A stretch of DNA of 64,000 bases, taken from contig JBNRSN020000026.1 of assembly GCA_051313645.2 (NCBI GenBank), positions 8,618,001 through 8,682,000 on the forward strand, written 5' to 3'. This document shows, piece by piece, positions 24,281 through 35,443 of the stretch. How positions within the stretch are numbered: position 1 is the first letter of the stretch; each line of letters starts with the position of its first letter. The DNA is from Centroscyllium fabricii (taxonomy: Eukaryota). A program made the position numbers and the translations under genes. The notes beneath the pieces were generated by a model that was given only the letters and a program-made list of their open reading frames with translations, did not search any database and was not told the DNA's origin.

Positions 24281-25180
24281 GTGTCCAGCACCAGACCAAA
24301 GTGTGCACCCAGATTCGGTGAGGCCTCCCTCCAAGCTCTGGTGGAGGGAGCAAGAGCAAACAAGGAAGTGTTCTTCCCTTCCTCAGGGAGGAAAAAGCCT
24401 CCCCAACAGACCAAAGCTGTGTGGCTGCAAGTGGTCCAGGAGGTGAATGCGATTTCAATGTGCAGCAGAACCTGGCTGCAGTGCAGAAAGAGGCTTTGTG
24501 ACCTTCTCTGCACAGGAAAAGTGAGCATTCCATCCCCTTGACACTCAATCTGATCCCATCGCCTCTCCTCACCAGCACTCTGCTTTGTCAACCTCCTCCT
24601 GCACATCCCACTTCATGTTTACATCCCTGCACCATTAACCATTCCCTCTCTATGTTCACATTCACTTAACTATTCAACTATGCAGCCCTCACACGCCCCA
24701 TCACTGTGATGCTATGACAACTTACAAATGTAAGAAGTCACACAACACCAGGTTATAGTCCAACAGATTTATTTGAAATGTCTGTGTCGATATGCGCGAT
24801 CTTCTTGTGGTGTATAACCTGGTGTTGTGTGACTTCTTACATTTGTCCACCCCAGTCCAACACCGGCACCTCCACATCATAACAACTTACAACACACAGG
24901 GAGGGACCTTGGTCTTGGCATCTCATTTCATCTTTGTGTCCTTCTAAGAATCTATGCTATGGATTCTCGACATCCACTCCTTCATTCTCACTCAAACTCC
25001 ACTTGTGTCCCACATTGCAGGAAAAGAGCGCTCACAATAAGAGGGAGAGAGCGAGGACAGGAGGAGGGATACCCTCAATAGCCCAGCTCACCACTGCAGA
25101 GGAGGCAGCCCTGGAGATTGTGGGAGTGGAGGAGGATGCGCAAGTGGGGGGCAGGCAGATGGGCGCATCAGAGCAAGCTG
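24281..25180 (+). pseudogene. Harbinger Myb/SANT-like DNA-binding gene, exons ~24281-24520 and 25021-25180
   Basis: APRFGEASLQALV...W..V...VN....RTWLQCRKRLCDL then EKSAHNKRERARTGGG; gtgagc donor and ttgcag acceptor, both phase 0; start codon unclear. Confidence 0.75.
24728..24881 (+). mobile_element. Miniature Penelope insertion (inverted ends only)
   Basis: Same terminus as 12381; internal inverted repeat; TSD acaacttacaa (24717-24727, 24882-24892). Confidence 0.8.
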
Positions 25181-25892
25181 GTGACAGAATAATTTTTCAT
25201 TCATCTCATTGACATTGCATGAGTGACTGATATTGATTCTGATGCTCTAACAGATTGACTTATGATTATCTGCATAATTCAAGGTGCATGCAACGTTTAT
25301 CGCACAGGTCTAACGCTTTCCTTTACTCCCCCACTGTCCAGGAGGAAAGGAAATAAATGGTTCCCATTCTTCTGGTATACACCTCAGTTGAGGAAGCGCT
25401 CAGTCAAGGTGGGGAGAGGGTTTTCCCAGGAGGTTACACTGGAGATGGGTCTCAGGCGCCAAACTTCCACAACAATGAGTAGGCCTGCTAAAAGTTCCCC
25501 CAGACCTGAGAGAACAAATTTCTGCCACCTGCAAATGATGATTGCTGAAAACTCCTTTTTAACGGTGGAGTTGCAGCTGTTAGTAAACACTCCACTTGTG
25601 AGTCCGCCAGGATTAACTGGCGTGTTCCAGAGGAGACGTGCTGCACAGGGGAAGAGCGTTAAATTCAGAAAGGCCTCTCAAAATTGGATTACAGAGGCAC
25701 TTAACTGGTTGTTAAGGGCCTATCCCACCTCTTGGAGGCAGGATGGAAGCAGAGTCTGAATCCCCAATTCTGGGAAAATTGCTCGGAGGCAGGCTGGAGG
25801 TGGGATTGGAGCCGCCCGCCATTTTTTTGCAATTTTAACACCTCACACACCTCCAATTCCATCTCCTCGGGCCTGGCAAAATTGAGCCCTAT

Positions 25893-27478
25893 CACAGAAG
25901 GAGGCCATTCAGCCCATCAAGTGCACGCCGGCTCTCTGTAGAAAAATCCAGTCAGTCCCAATCTCCCACAAGTTTATTTCCCTCAAATGCCTATCCAATC
26001 TCCCCTTGAAAACAGTGTCTCCGCTTCCACCACGTCCGTCGACAGCAAATTCCAGGTCATCACCACTTGCTGTTCCTGGGACTAGGGACAGGGCCACTGG
26101 CAAGACTTGGAAGCTAAGCAGAGCCAGGCCTGGTTAGTACTTGGATGGGTAACCACCAGGGAATACCAGGTGCAGAAGGTCACGAAAGGAGCCCCGGGGA
26201 GGGGCGGTTGGCTGAAGATTGTCGGAATGATGGGAAGATGGAATGGCGGCGCGCACAGACGCAGCGGCTTTGCTGGACTCTTGGGAGCTTGCAAGATCAC
26301 ATTTTGTTGTTCATGTACTTGTACATTGTATAATGACAATAAAGTTGAATTACTATTACTATTACTGTGTAAAAACGTTTTTCCTCACATTCCCCCCTGT
26401 ATCTCTTGCCCAAAACCTTAAAACTGTGTCCCCTAGTCTTTGTACTATCAACTAGTGGGAACAACCTTTCCCTGTCAAGCCTATCCAAACCCGTTATAAT
26501 CTTGTACACCTCTATCAAATCACCCCTCAACCGCCTTTGCTCTAATGAAAACAAATCCAGCTTCTCCAACCTGTCCTTGTAGTTAAGATCCCCCATCCCT
26601 GGAACCATTCTGGTAAATCTCCTCTGCACCCTCTCAAGTGCCTTCACATCCTTCCTAAAGTGTGGTGACCAGAACTGGATGCAATACTCCAGAGTTGTGG
26701 CCTAGCCAGTGCTTCATAAAGATTCAGCATAACTTCTCCACTTTTGTACTCAATACCTCTATTTATGAAACCCAAGATCCCATATGCTTTGTTAACCACT
26801 CGCTCAAGATGTCCTGCCACCTTCAAGGACCGATGCACATTAACTCCCAGATCCCTCTGTCCCTGCACACTCTTTAAAACTCTGCCATTAAGTGTATATT
26901 GCCTCTCCCTGTTCCTTCTGTCAAAATGCATCACCTCACACTTCTCTGTATTAAATTCCATCTGCCACTTGTCGGCCCATTCTACTCGCCTTTCTATGTC
27001 CTGTTGCAGTTGACTGATGTCATCATCACTGTTTGCCACACCCCCAAGTTTGGTGTCATCAGCAAATTTAGAAATTCTACTCTGAATTCCAATATCAAAA
27101 AAAGTGGCCCCAGCACTGACCCACTGTCTACCATCCTCAAGTTTGAAAAACAGCCATTTATTACAACTCACTGTTTTCTGTCCTTAAGCTAATTCCTTAT
27201 CCAAGCTGCCACTGACCCACCTATTACATGAGCCTCAATTTTGTTAACCAGCCTTCTATGTGGTACTTTGTCAAACGCCTTCCGGAAATCCACGTAGACA
27301 ACATCTATTGCATTCCCTTCATCAATCCACTCTGTTACTTCATTAAAAAATTCAATTAGATTAGTCAAACACGATCTTCCTTTTACAATCTCGTGTTGGC
27401 TCTCCTTAATTAGCTTAAACCTCTCCAAATGCCATAAACTTTTTACTTGATTATTGTTCCTAAAACTTCACCCACCTT
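25893..27478 (-). mobile_element. CR1 ORF2 3' part, decayed
   Basis: KGRSCLTNLIEFF, DFRKAFDKVPH, KFADDTK, RRLRGDLIEVYKI. Confidence 0.9.
26073..26364 (+). mobile_element. 5S rRNA-derived SINE (SINE3-like) inserted in CR1
   Basis: 26109-26179 resembles the 3' part of vertebrate 5S rRNA (gaagctaagcag...gcctggttagtacttggatggg...gggaatacc); tail tgacaataaa plus (attact)n; ctg on both flanks. Confidence 0.75.
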
Positions 27479-28397
27479 ATCAGGCTGTCTGCAGTGCATA
27501 CATATCAACAAAGTGAAAAAAACTAGTTTAGGATGTGAAAAGCACGATATAAATTAATGTTTAATACCTGTGCCACAGAATTTATGCTCCCCAGGCAAAT
27601 GTACAGGCCAGGCTTTTCATGTTCCAGTAGCCAATCTAAAATTGGGAGTGGGGTCAGGGAAGTCACATTGCAAAATTTGGCATGGCTGCCCTCCACACTG
27701 CTGGCACAGTGCAAATTAGTGTTATGATCCTCAGAGAGAGAGAGTTGTGAGTTTATTATTCACTAAAAATACAGATATAGTTTGGTTCATTAACTGCCCC
27801 CCACCCTCCTCAAGAAAACTTATAGCGCTCTGGGAGTTGGGAATGACAATTTATTGAATTCTGGTCTTAAAATTAGTTGCACATTTCCCTTTCTAAAAAT
27901 TTCAACAAAGAAAGTTCCTAATTTAACAACTTTGCAGTAGAAATAGATTTGTTGTGTCATATATTTATCAATTGTCACTGAAAGACCATTTCCCAAAAAT
28001 ATATTTTTAGTTGGCTTAAGTTTTTTCATCGCCATATATATCAATGAGATTTTTGTTATCCTTGTATTATTAAATCAATTTTACAGTCTGCAATACTTAG
28101 ATAAATAGTCTTATTTTTTGGCCCAGAAATACAGGATAATAGAAGCCTGGGAATGTGTTCTAAGGTAGAATAACATGGCCCAGGACTCGGAAGTCATCAT
28201 CAACCAGGGCACCAGTCCGACTCCAAAGCATCCTGCAACCTTGGGGGAAAAAACACATCTATGCAGGTGTTATTCTTTATGTAGTTAAATCTATAGAACG
28301 CCTCTGTGGTTCATGGTACACATCACACTTTCCACATTATACATACAAAGTGGCTGTTACATGGTGGTTATTTAAACCAGCATGTTAAGTTAATCAT

Positions 28398-28662
28398 GGT
28401 TTCCTCCCACAGTCCAAAGATGTGCGGGTTAGGTTGATTGGCCAGGATAAATTGACCCTTAGTGTTAGGGGGATTAAATAGGTGGGGTTACGGGGATAGG
28501 GTGGGATATGTGTTGATGGAGGCTCGATAGGGATCAAGGGATATGGGGAGAGGGCAGGGGCGGGGTAATGGGTTTGGATGATCAGCCATGATCTCATTGA
28601 ATGGCGGAGCAGGCTCGAAGGGCCGAATGGCCTACTCCTGCTTCTAGTTTCTATGTTTCTAT
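28398..28662 (+). mobile_element. HE1-type SINE, 5'-truncated, CR1 tail
   Basis: Reverse complement of ~6645-6912. Confidence 0.88.
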
Positions 28663-28949
28663 ATCTGTACTGATTTTCTCAAATATAGAAAGATAGGAAT
28701 TAAAATGGTGACCAAAAGTTTTCTCAAACCTTTTGGTCACCATTTTCCTTCTTTACTCAGGTCAGTAGATTATGGTAAAAAGCACATATATAACAAACAC
28801 CCAGAAATAAAGAGGGGTTGGTGCTTGTTCAGCAATATAAATAAGTCTACAGATATCCCCAATTCCAGATTGTGTTTTAGACTACCTAACGCATTGTAAA
28901 TTTTTCACTCACAGGTGAAGCATTGGGTGTTCCCCAATTGTCGTTCAGG

Positions 28950-29130
28950 CACCAATCAGCAGGCAGAGTTGCAAAATGCATAGGTGTAGAGATCAGGTCC
29001 CGCTCAGCTTGTTGATATAATGGTCGACCTTTGTTGTCTGTCCAGAGGAGCATTGATTTGTTCTGCACCAGAGTCTGAAAATGCCTGAGAGCTACATAAA
29101 GCCCTCCCTCATATGTTGATTCTGCTGATA
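28950..29130 (-). mobile_element. Possible DIRS-type RNase H remnant
   Basis: LYVALRHFQTLVQNKSMLLWTDN resembles the DIRS RNase H motif (AL..F......V...TDN); short and decayed. Confidence 0.4.
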
Positions 29131-29268
29131 TAGAAATATATAGAATATAGGAGCAGGAGTAGGCCATTCGGCCCCTCGAGCCTGCTCCACCATTTAATGA
29201 GATCATGGCTGATCATCCAAATTCAGTACCCTGTCCCTGCTTTCTCCCCATATCTCTTTAGCCTTAAG
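29130..29268 (-). mobile_element. CR1 3' tail only
   Basis: Reverse complement of ~10980-11123. Confidence 0.85.
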
Positions 29269-29864
29269 ATGGTGACAGGGCCTGTGTGGCTTCAAAGAAA
29301 ATAAAAGAATCGCAACTCCAGTTGCCACTGAAGCACTGAGTCCAATAATAATTTGTTTCCCCCTTACTGGTGTCAATCTGGAAACATACCAGGATAGTCA
29401 TGGTCAAGGTTGCAGTCAGTGCCCCCAGAAGCTTAAGCTGCACCCCAGGAGAGACACAGATTGGGATTTTAGCGGTTTCTTCCTACAGGCCTTGCAGAGC
29501 ACAAAACGAATCGCAGTATTGAATGGCAACATAAGCAATGGATATTTTAGGATTCACAATTTTTTTGGAAAATGATGGGAGGAAACTAGGATCTCCCTTT
29601 TTTTTGTTTAAACAAAGAATTAAAAAACAATGACAAGCTGCCAAAATTCCAAGATGATTCTAAGAAAGTAACAAAACTTTATCAGTACTCATACTTCCGT
29701 AACAAGGTTTTGAGAAGGACAGCTTGCACACTAGAGCATCAAATGTTTACCCTGTACTGGGAAAAATGAACAAACACTCAAGGCATCAGTTATTCTGCAT
29801 TGGAGCAGGAAGAATCGCAAGGGGATGCCCCAGACATCACCACAAATTTAAAGTGAGGTTGTAC

Positions 29865-30048
29865 CATAATTGATTTTTCTAGCAGAACATGCTCTGGTTC
29901 TTCTAGCTCACTCTTGCAGTCTGTGAAGGTATGATTAGCAAAACAATTACAACACATCTCAAGTGATGCAACCATGTCTGCTTGTTTATATTCATGTAGC
30001 ACTGGGGAGATCTGTGCAACTCTGGAACACGCTGGTATGTTACAGAAA
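29865..30048 (-). CDS. Putative host coding exon, Cys-rich FCNIPACSRV...MCCNCFANH...LEKSIM
   Basis: tttcccctgtag acceptor, ATG|gtacaa donor, 184 nt open; phase-0 end matches exon 23962. Confidence 0.7.
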
Positions 30049-30803
30049 CTACAGGGGAAATAATTTATCTGATTGTGGTTTCCAATGAGTAATGGGATGA
30101 CTGTTTATCACTCTTCCTCCAGATAATTTAACTTTTGTTTTCAAAATGACTGTTACCTCATATGATTATATATCATTTAATCCCTGCCAGCACTCAAAAA
30201 CAGACGTTGCAATTTAGAATTTTTACAGGTGGGTCAGTAAATTTCACTACAATTACATGCAAGGAGTTCTGCGACAGATAAAATAGTGTATTTTTTAAAA
30301 TTAAAATTAGCATTTTTATACAATAATGATTCGTAAAATCCAAAATTATTTATACTGAAATCCTACTGAAGTCAAAATACAGATAAAATTTCACCAAGCC
30401 GTACACTAAAACTTAAGTAACTTTGTGGGCTGGAAGGAAAGAAACATAGAAACAAGATAGGAGCAGGAGTAGGCCATTTAGCCCCTCGAGCCTGTTCTGC
30501 CATTTAATAAGATCACGTCCCTGCTTTCTCCCCATATCCCTTTAGCCGTAAGAAATATATCAAACTCCTTTTTGAATATATTTAATGAATTGGCCTCAAC
30601 TGCCTTCTGCGGTAGAGAATTCCACAGGTTCACCACTCTCTGGGTAAAGAAAGTCCAAATACACCAGATCCACTGGTTCTCCCTTATCTATTCTACCATT
30701 TACATCCTCAAAAAAGTCCAGTAGATTAGTCAATCACAATTTACCCTTTGTAAATCCATGCTGACTTTGTCCGAGCGTTCACTGTTTTCCAAGTGCTCTG
30801 CTA

Positions 30804-31326
30804 CAGGTTGTGCACCGAAAATCCGTGTCCCGAATAGTCGGCAGCTTCAGTCTGCCGGCACAAATTGCTCCGACTGCACTGCGCATGCGCAAAATGGCAG
30901 CCGCCATCGTGGCTTCAGCGAATGATCTGCGCATGCGCCGAGCGCATGCGCAGATCATTCAAAACAGCTGCGGGTGTTTTGAATGATCTGCGCATGCGTC
31001 ACCAGACGGTTAGCGCATGCGCAGATAATTCAATACGGCCGCCCGTTATTTTCTCTACAGCTGAGCCCCGTGACTGAGGCGGACAGTCACTCGGCAACAG
31101 CTGTCAGCCTGAGTTCCGCTCGGCGGCAGCAGCAACCCCAAAGGCGATGGAGAGGGACGGCGAACCCGGGCCCGATCTGCACATGCGCGCGCCAGCCAAT
31201 CGCAATGATGCGCGCGGCCATTTTGACTGGTGCGCATGCGCAGTGTCCAAACTCGTTCTCCCGGTTTTTTCCATTTCCCGGCACGGGCCTGGTCCCGCCC
31301 GTGGCGGATTAATGGTGCACAACCTG
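30804..31326. mobile_element. Tc1/mariner (pogo/Tigger-like) MITE
   Basis: TIR caggttgtgcacc / ggtgcacaacctg, TA TSD, CR1 continuous after removal. Confidence 0.9.
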
Positions 31327-33145
31327 TATTACATCTTTTATAATGGACTGTAGCATTTTCCCCACTACCGATGTCAGGCTGACCGGTCTATAATTTCCCA
31401 TTTTCTCTCTACCACCTTTTTTAAATAGTGGGTAACATTAGGTACCCTCCAATCCATGGGCACTGATCCAGAGTCTATAGGATTATGGAAGATGACCAGC
31501 AATACGTCTACTATTTCTAGGGCCACTTCCTTGAGTACCCTAGGATGTAGATCATCAGGCCCTGGGGATTTATTGGCCTTCAATCCCATCAACTTCCCCA
31601 AGACCATTTCCCTATAAATATTGATTGCATTCAATTCCTCCCTCTCATTAGACTCTATGTTCCCTGACATCTCTGGGAGGTTATTTGTGTCCTCCTTTGT
31701 GAAAACAGAACCAAAGTATGTATTTAATTGGTCAGCCATTTCTTTGTTCCCCATTATAAATTACCCTGATTCTGACTGCAAGGGATCTATGCTTGACTTC
31801 ACCAATCTTTTTCTCTTCACATATCTATAGAAGCTTTTAGTCAGTTTTTATGTTCCCTGAAAGCTTACTCTCATATTCTATATCCCCCTCTCAATTAATC
31901 GCTTTGTCCTCCTTTGCTGAATCGTAAACTGCTCCCAATCCTCAGGTTTGCTGATTTTTCTAGCCAATTTATATGTCCTTGCCTTGGATTTTATGCTATC
32001 CTTAATTTCCCTCAGTAGCCACGGTTGAGTCACCTCTTTTGTTTTATTTTTATGCCAAACAGGGATGAACAAATTCTGCAGTTCATCCACGTGATATTTA
32101 AATGTTTGCCGTTGCCTACCCACCATCAACCCTTTAAATAACGCTCCCCAATCTATCCTCGCCAACTCGCGCCTCATACCATCGTAGTTCCCTTTTTTTA
32201 AATTCAGGACTCTAGTCTCTGAATCAACTATTTCACTCTCCATTTTAATGAAAAATTCTACAAGATTGCTAATTAATCCTTTCTCGTTACATAATACCTA
32301 GTCTCAGATAGCCTGATCTCTAGATGGTTCCTCGACATATTGGTCCAGGAAACCAGCCCGTATACACTCGAGGAATTCCTCCTCCACAGTATTGTTACTA
32401 ATTTGGTTAGCCCAATCTATATGTAGATTAAAGTCACCCATGATAGCTGCTGTGCCCTTATTGCACGCGTCTCTAATTTCCCGTTTAATGCCATCCCCAA
32501 CCTCAGCATTACTGTTTGGGGGGGGGGTCTGTATACAACTCCCACTATTGTTTTCTGCCCCATGGTATTTCTCAGCTCTACCCATACAGATTCCACATCA
32601 TCAGAGCTAATATCCTTCCTTACTATTTGATGTGACAAAAGCGACTTACATATCAATAACTTTAAGCAAAGCTTTGATCAACTATTTAGAGTTAGAGTTT
32701 AACATGCTTACATAGGGAAGCATCATCTCAGACTGGATAGCAGCAGAATTTATACTACTAGACAGGAAGTGACGTATATACAGGAAGTAACATGTATACA
32801 GGAAATGATGTCACTGGAAGTTAATATGCAGAGTTCATCAGACTTTCTGCCGGAAGTCTCAATATCATCACATTCTTCCCTCCTAGAAGATTACGAGGCA
32901 GAAATCAGTTATTCTGGAGTAGACGTATGAGGAGGAGCCGCATGCGTTTAAGTTCGTTCTCTTGGGTTGATAGACCGTTTTGATGGTCAATGTCCGAGTT
33001 ACTGGGCCGTTTGCGGGCCTTCAGCTTTGGGTCAAAGTCAACATGACCTGGATTACCCGGCGATGGGTTGTGGAAATCATGGCTCCGCATGTGAGATCCA
33101 ATAGGTTCAGAGTTGGTCTGCCCTTGGTCGGGAGAAGGTACCAAG

Positions 33146-35443
33146 CTAGTCGATGGCCCATTGGCATGTGGCACAGGGAGGATCATGGCTCCGCGTACGA
33201 GCCCCTATGGGCTCCGTGTCGGTTGAGGATTGATCAGCATCCTGGAATGAGGTACCAGGCGAGTCGAAGCTCCGAGTGCGGGATCCTACCGGCTCAAAGG
33301 TCATTGGTGCCTGATCAGGGTCCTGAAGAGTGGTACCCAGTGGTTCTCTGGAGGTTCCCGGTAGGGTATTATCCCTAGATGACCCTCTAGGTCCTGATGG
33401 GCAGGGTGCCAGGTCCCGCAACGATACTGTAGACTCTCGTCCGTCAGGGTGTCGTATGTGAGCGTAGCTGGGGTTGACCTCCGTTAGTTCTACCTCGTCC
33501 ACAAGAGGGTCATGCTTGGAGGTTCGGACATATCTTCGGAGCAATACAGGCCCTGGAGTGGTCAGCCATGAAGGGAGTGAAGCTCCATACGATGAGCGAC
33601 GCTGGAAACTGAAGAACCGTTCATGAGGCGTCGTGTTCGTGGCTGTGGAAAGCAAGGACCGTATGGAGTGCAATGCATCTGGTAACACCATCTCCCATTG
33701 CTGGTTGGGTAGACCCTGGGATTTGAGGGCAAGGCGTACCGAGTTCCATATGATGCCATTATACCTTTCTACCTGGCCGTTACCGATGGGGTGGTATGGT
33801 GTTGTTTTGCTTGTCGCGATACCTCTTTCCGAGAGGTAGTCCTTAAGTTCAGTGGACATGAAAGATGGACCCCGATCTGAATGGATGTAAGCTGGCATGC
33901 CACAGAGCGCGAATACCTGCTCGTGACAATTGATTACCGTGGAAGACAGCATATTAGAGCAGGGGAAGGCGAATGGGAAACGTGAATATTCGTCGACCAT
34001 TGTAAGCAGATATACGTGACGAGGGTACTGGGCCTTTAAAATCAATGCTCAGTCGTTGCATTGGTTGTGTCGCATGTATAAGTAAACCATCCGGGGGCCG
34101 GAAAAAGTGAGGTTTTAGCTCAGCACAGGTTCTGCATTCTGAACACATTTTCTTGATGGCTCCGGTTGAGAATGGGAGATTTTGTGACCTTACAAAATGT
34201 AAAATACGTGTCACACCAGGATGACATAATCCACCATGAATATCTGCGAGAGTGGAGGGTGATGTAGCAGCGCAGAATGCTCGAGTAAGAGTGTCCGGGG
34301 CCACATTATCTTTACCAGGGCGATAGTGAATAGTATAGCCAAAAGAGGCCAATTCCATCCTCCACAGTTGTATTTTATTATTCTTGACTTTGGTTCTTTT
34401 CCGGTTGTCCAGCATGAACGCGACTGATCGCTGGTCCGTTATCACCATGAAGTGTCGGCGAACTAAAAAATGGTTCCATTTTCGTACAGCCTCAATGATG
34501 GCCGTGGCTTCTTTTTCCACCGGTGGATAGTGCACTTCGGCACCCTGTAGGGTCCTAGACATGAAAGCTACAGGGCGACCTTCCTGATTGAGGGTAGCTG
34601 AGATCGCCACCTCTGAAGCGTCGCATTCAACCACGAATGGGAGGTTCTCATCGATGGAGTGGAGGGTTGCTTTCTTCAAATGCTGTTTAAGAGTAGTAAA
34701 GGCTGTAATAGCCGTTGTTCCTAATGGAAATGTCATGGCATTCAACAAAGGTTGAATTTTGTCAGAAAAATCAGGAATCCACTTCGCATAGCAGGCAAAT
34801 GGGCCGAGGGCCCGACGCAGAGAAGCAAGATTGTTAGGTGGAGGAAGCTCCTGGAGTGGGCGAAGTCTTTCCAGATCAGGCTTGATGATGCCGTTACCCA
34901 CACAGTAGCCGAGAATGTTAATGGTTGGCTGTGATTCCACGGATTTGGTTTCATTTAAGGTCAGGTTGCGACGATAAAGTGCATCCCGAAATCTTCGAAG
35001 GTTCTCGTCATGTTCTTGCTGGTCATGGCCAGCAACTGTAATGTTGTCGAGATAAGGGAAAGTGTCCCTCAAGTCTTCTTGCTTCACCAAGCCATCCATG
35101 GCTCGTTGAAAGACGGCTACTCCGTTGGTGACTCCGAATGGGAGACGGCAAAATTGATACAATCGTCCATTAGCCTCAAAGGCTGTATATTTTTTATCCG
35201 AGGCCCGTAGGGGTACCTGATAAGCACTCTGCAGATCATAAGTTGAAAATACTGAATATTCAGCCAGTTATTCACCATGTCATCGATACGTGGCAGTGGG
35301 TAAGCATCCAAATCCATATATTGATTAACGGTCTGAGATTAATCAATACATAGGCGTTTCTTCTGAGATTTCAAGGAGTTTTTAACAATGACGATCTGAG
35401 CCCGCCAAGGCGATGAACAAGGTTCAATGATGTCCTCCGCCAG
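33146..35443 (-). pseudogene. Gypsy pol remnant (RT, RNase H, integrase)
   Basis: SPWRAQ, DAYPLPRIDD, LPFGVTN, YLDN, CDAS, EKEA, H-H-C-C zinc motif, SIDFKGP, HSDRG, NGQVER; frameshifts. Confidence 0.93.

Larger units (their letters stand above)
23983..25889 (+). mobile_element. Harbinger-derived element keeping part of its Myb/SANT-like gene, no transposase seen
   Basis: Imperfect TIRs gggctggattttg / caaaattgagccc; spliced Myb-like ORF inside. Confidence 0.75.

Noticed and set aside
26109-26179. Functional 5S rRNA gene
   Set aside because: 5' part not 5S-like, several substitutions, no T-run terminator, embedded in a retroposed unit.
33080-33330. Repeated DQ....EPIG..TRS.D peptide after integrase as an extra domain
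   Set aside because: Three degenerate tandem repeats in a low-complexity tail; no chromodomain or env features.
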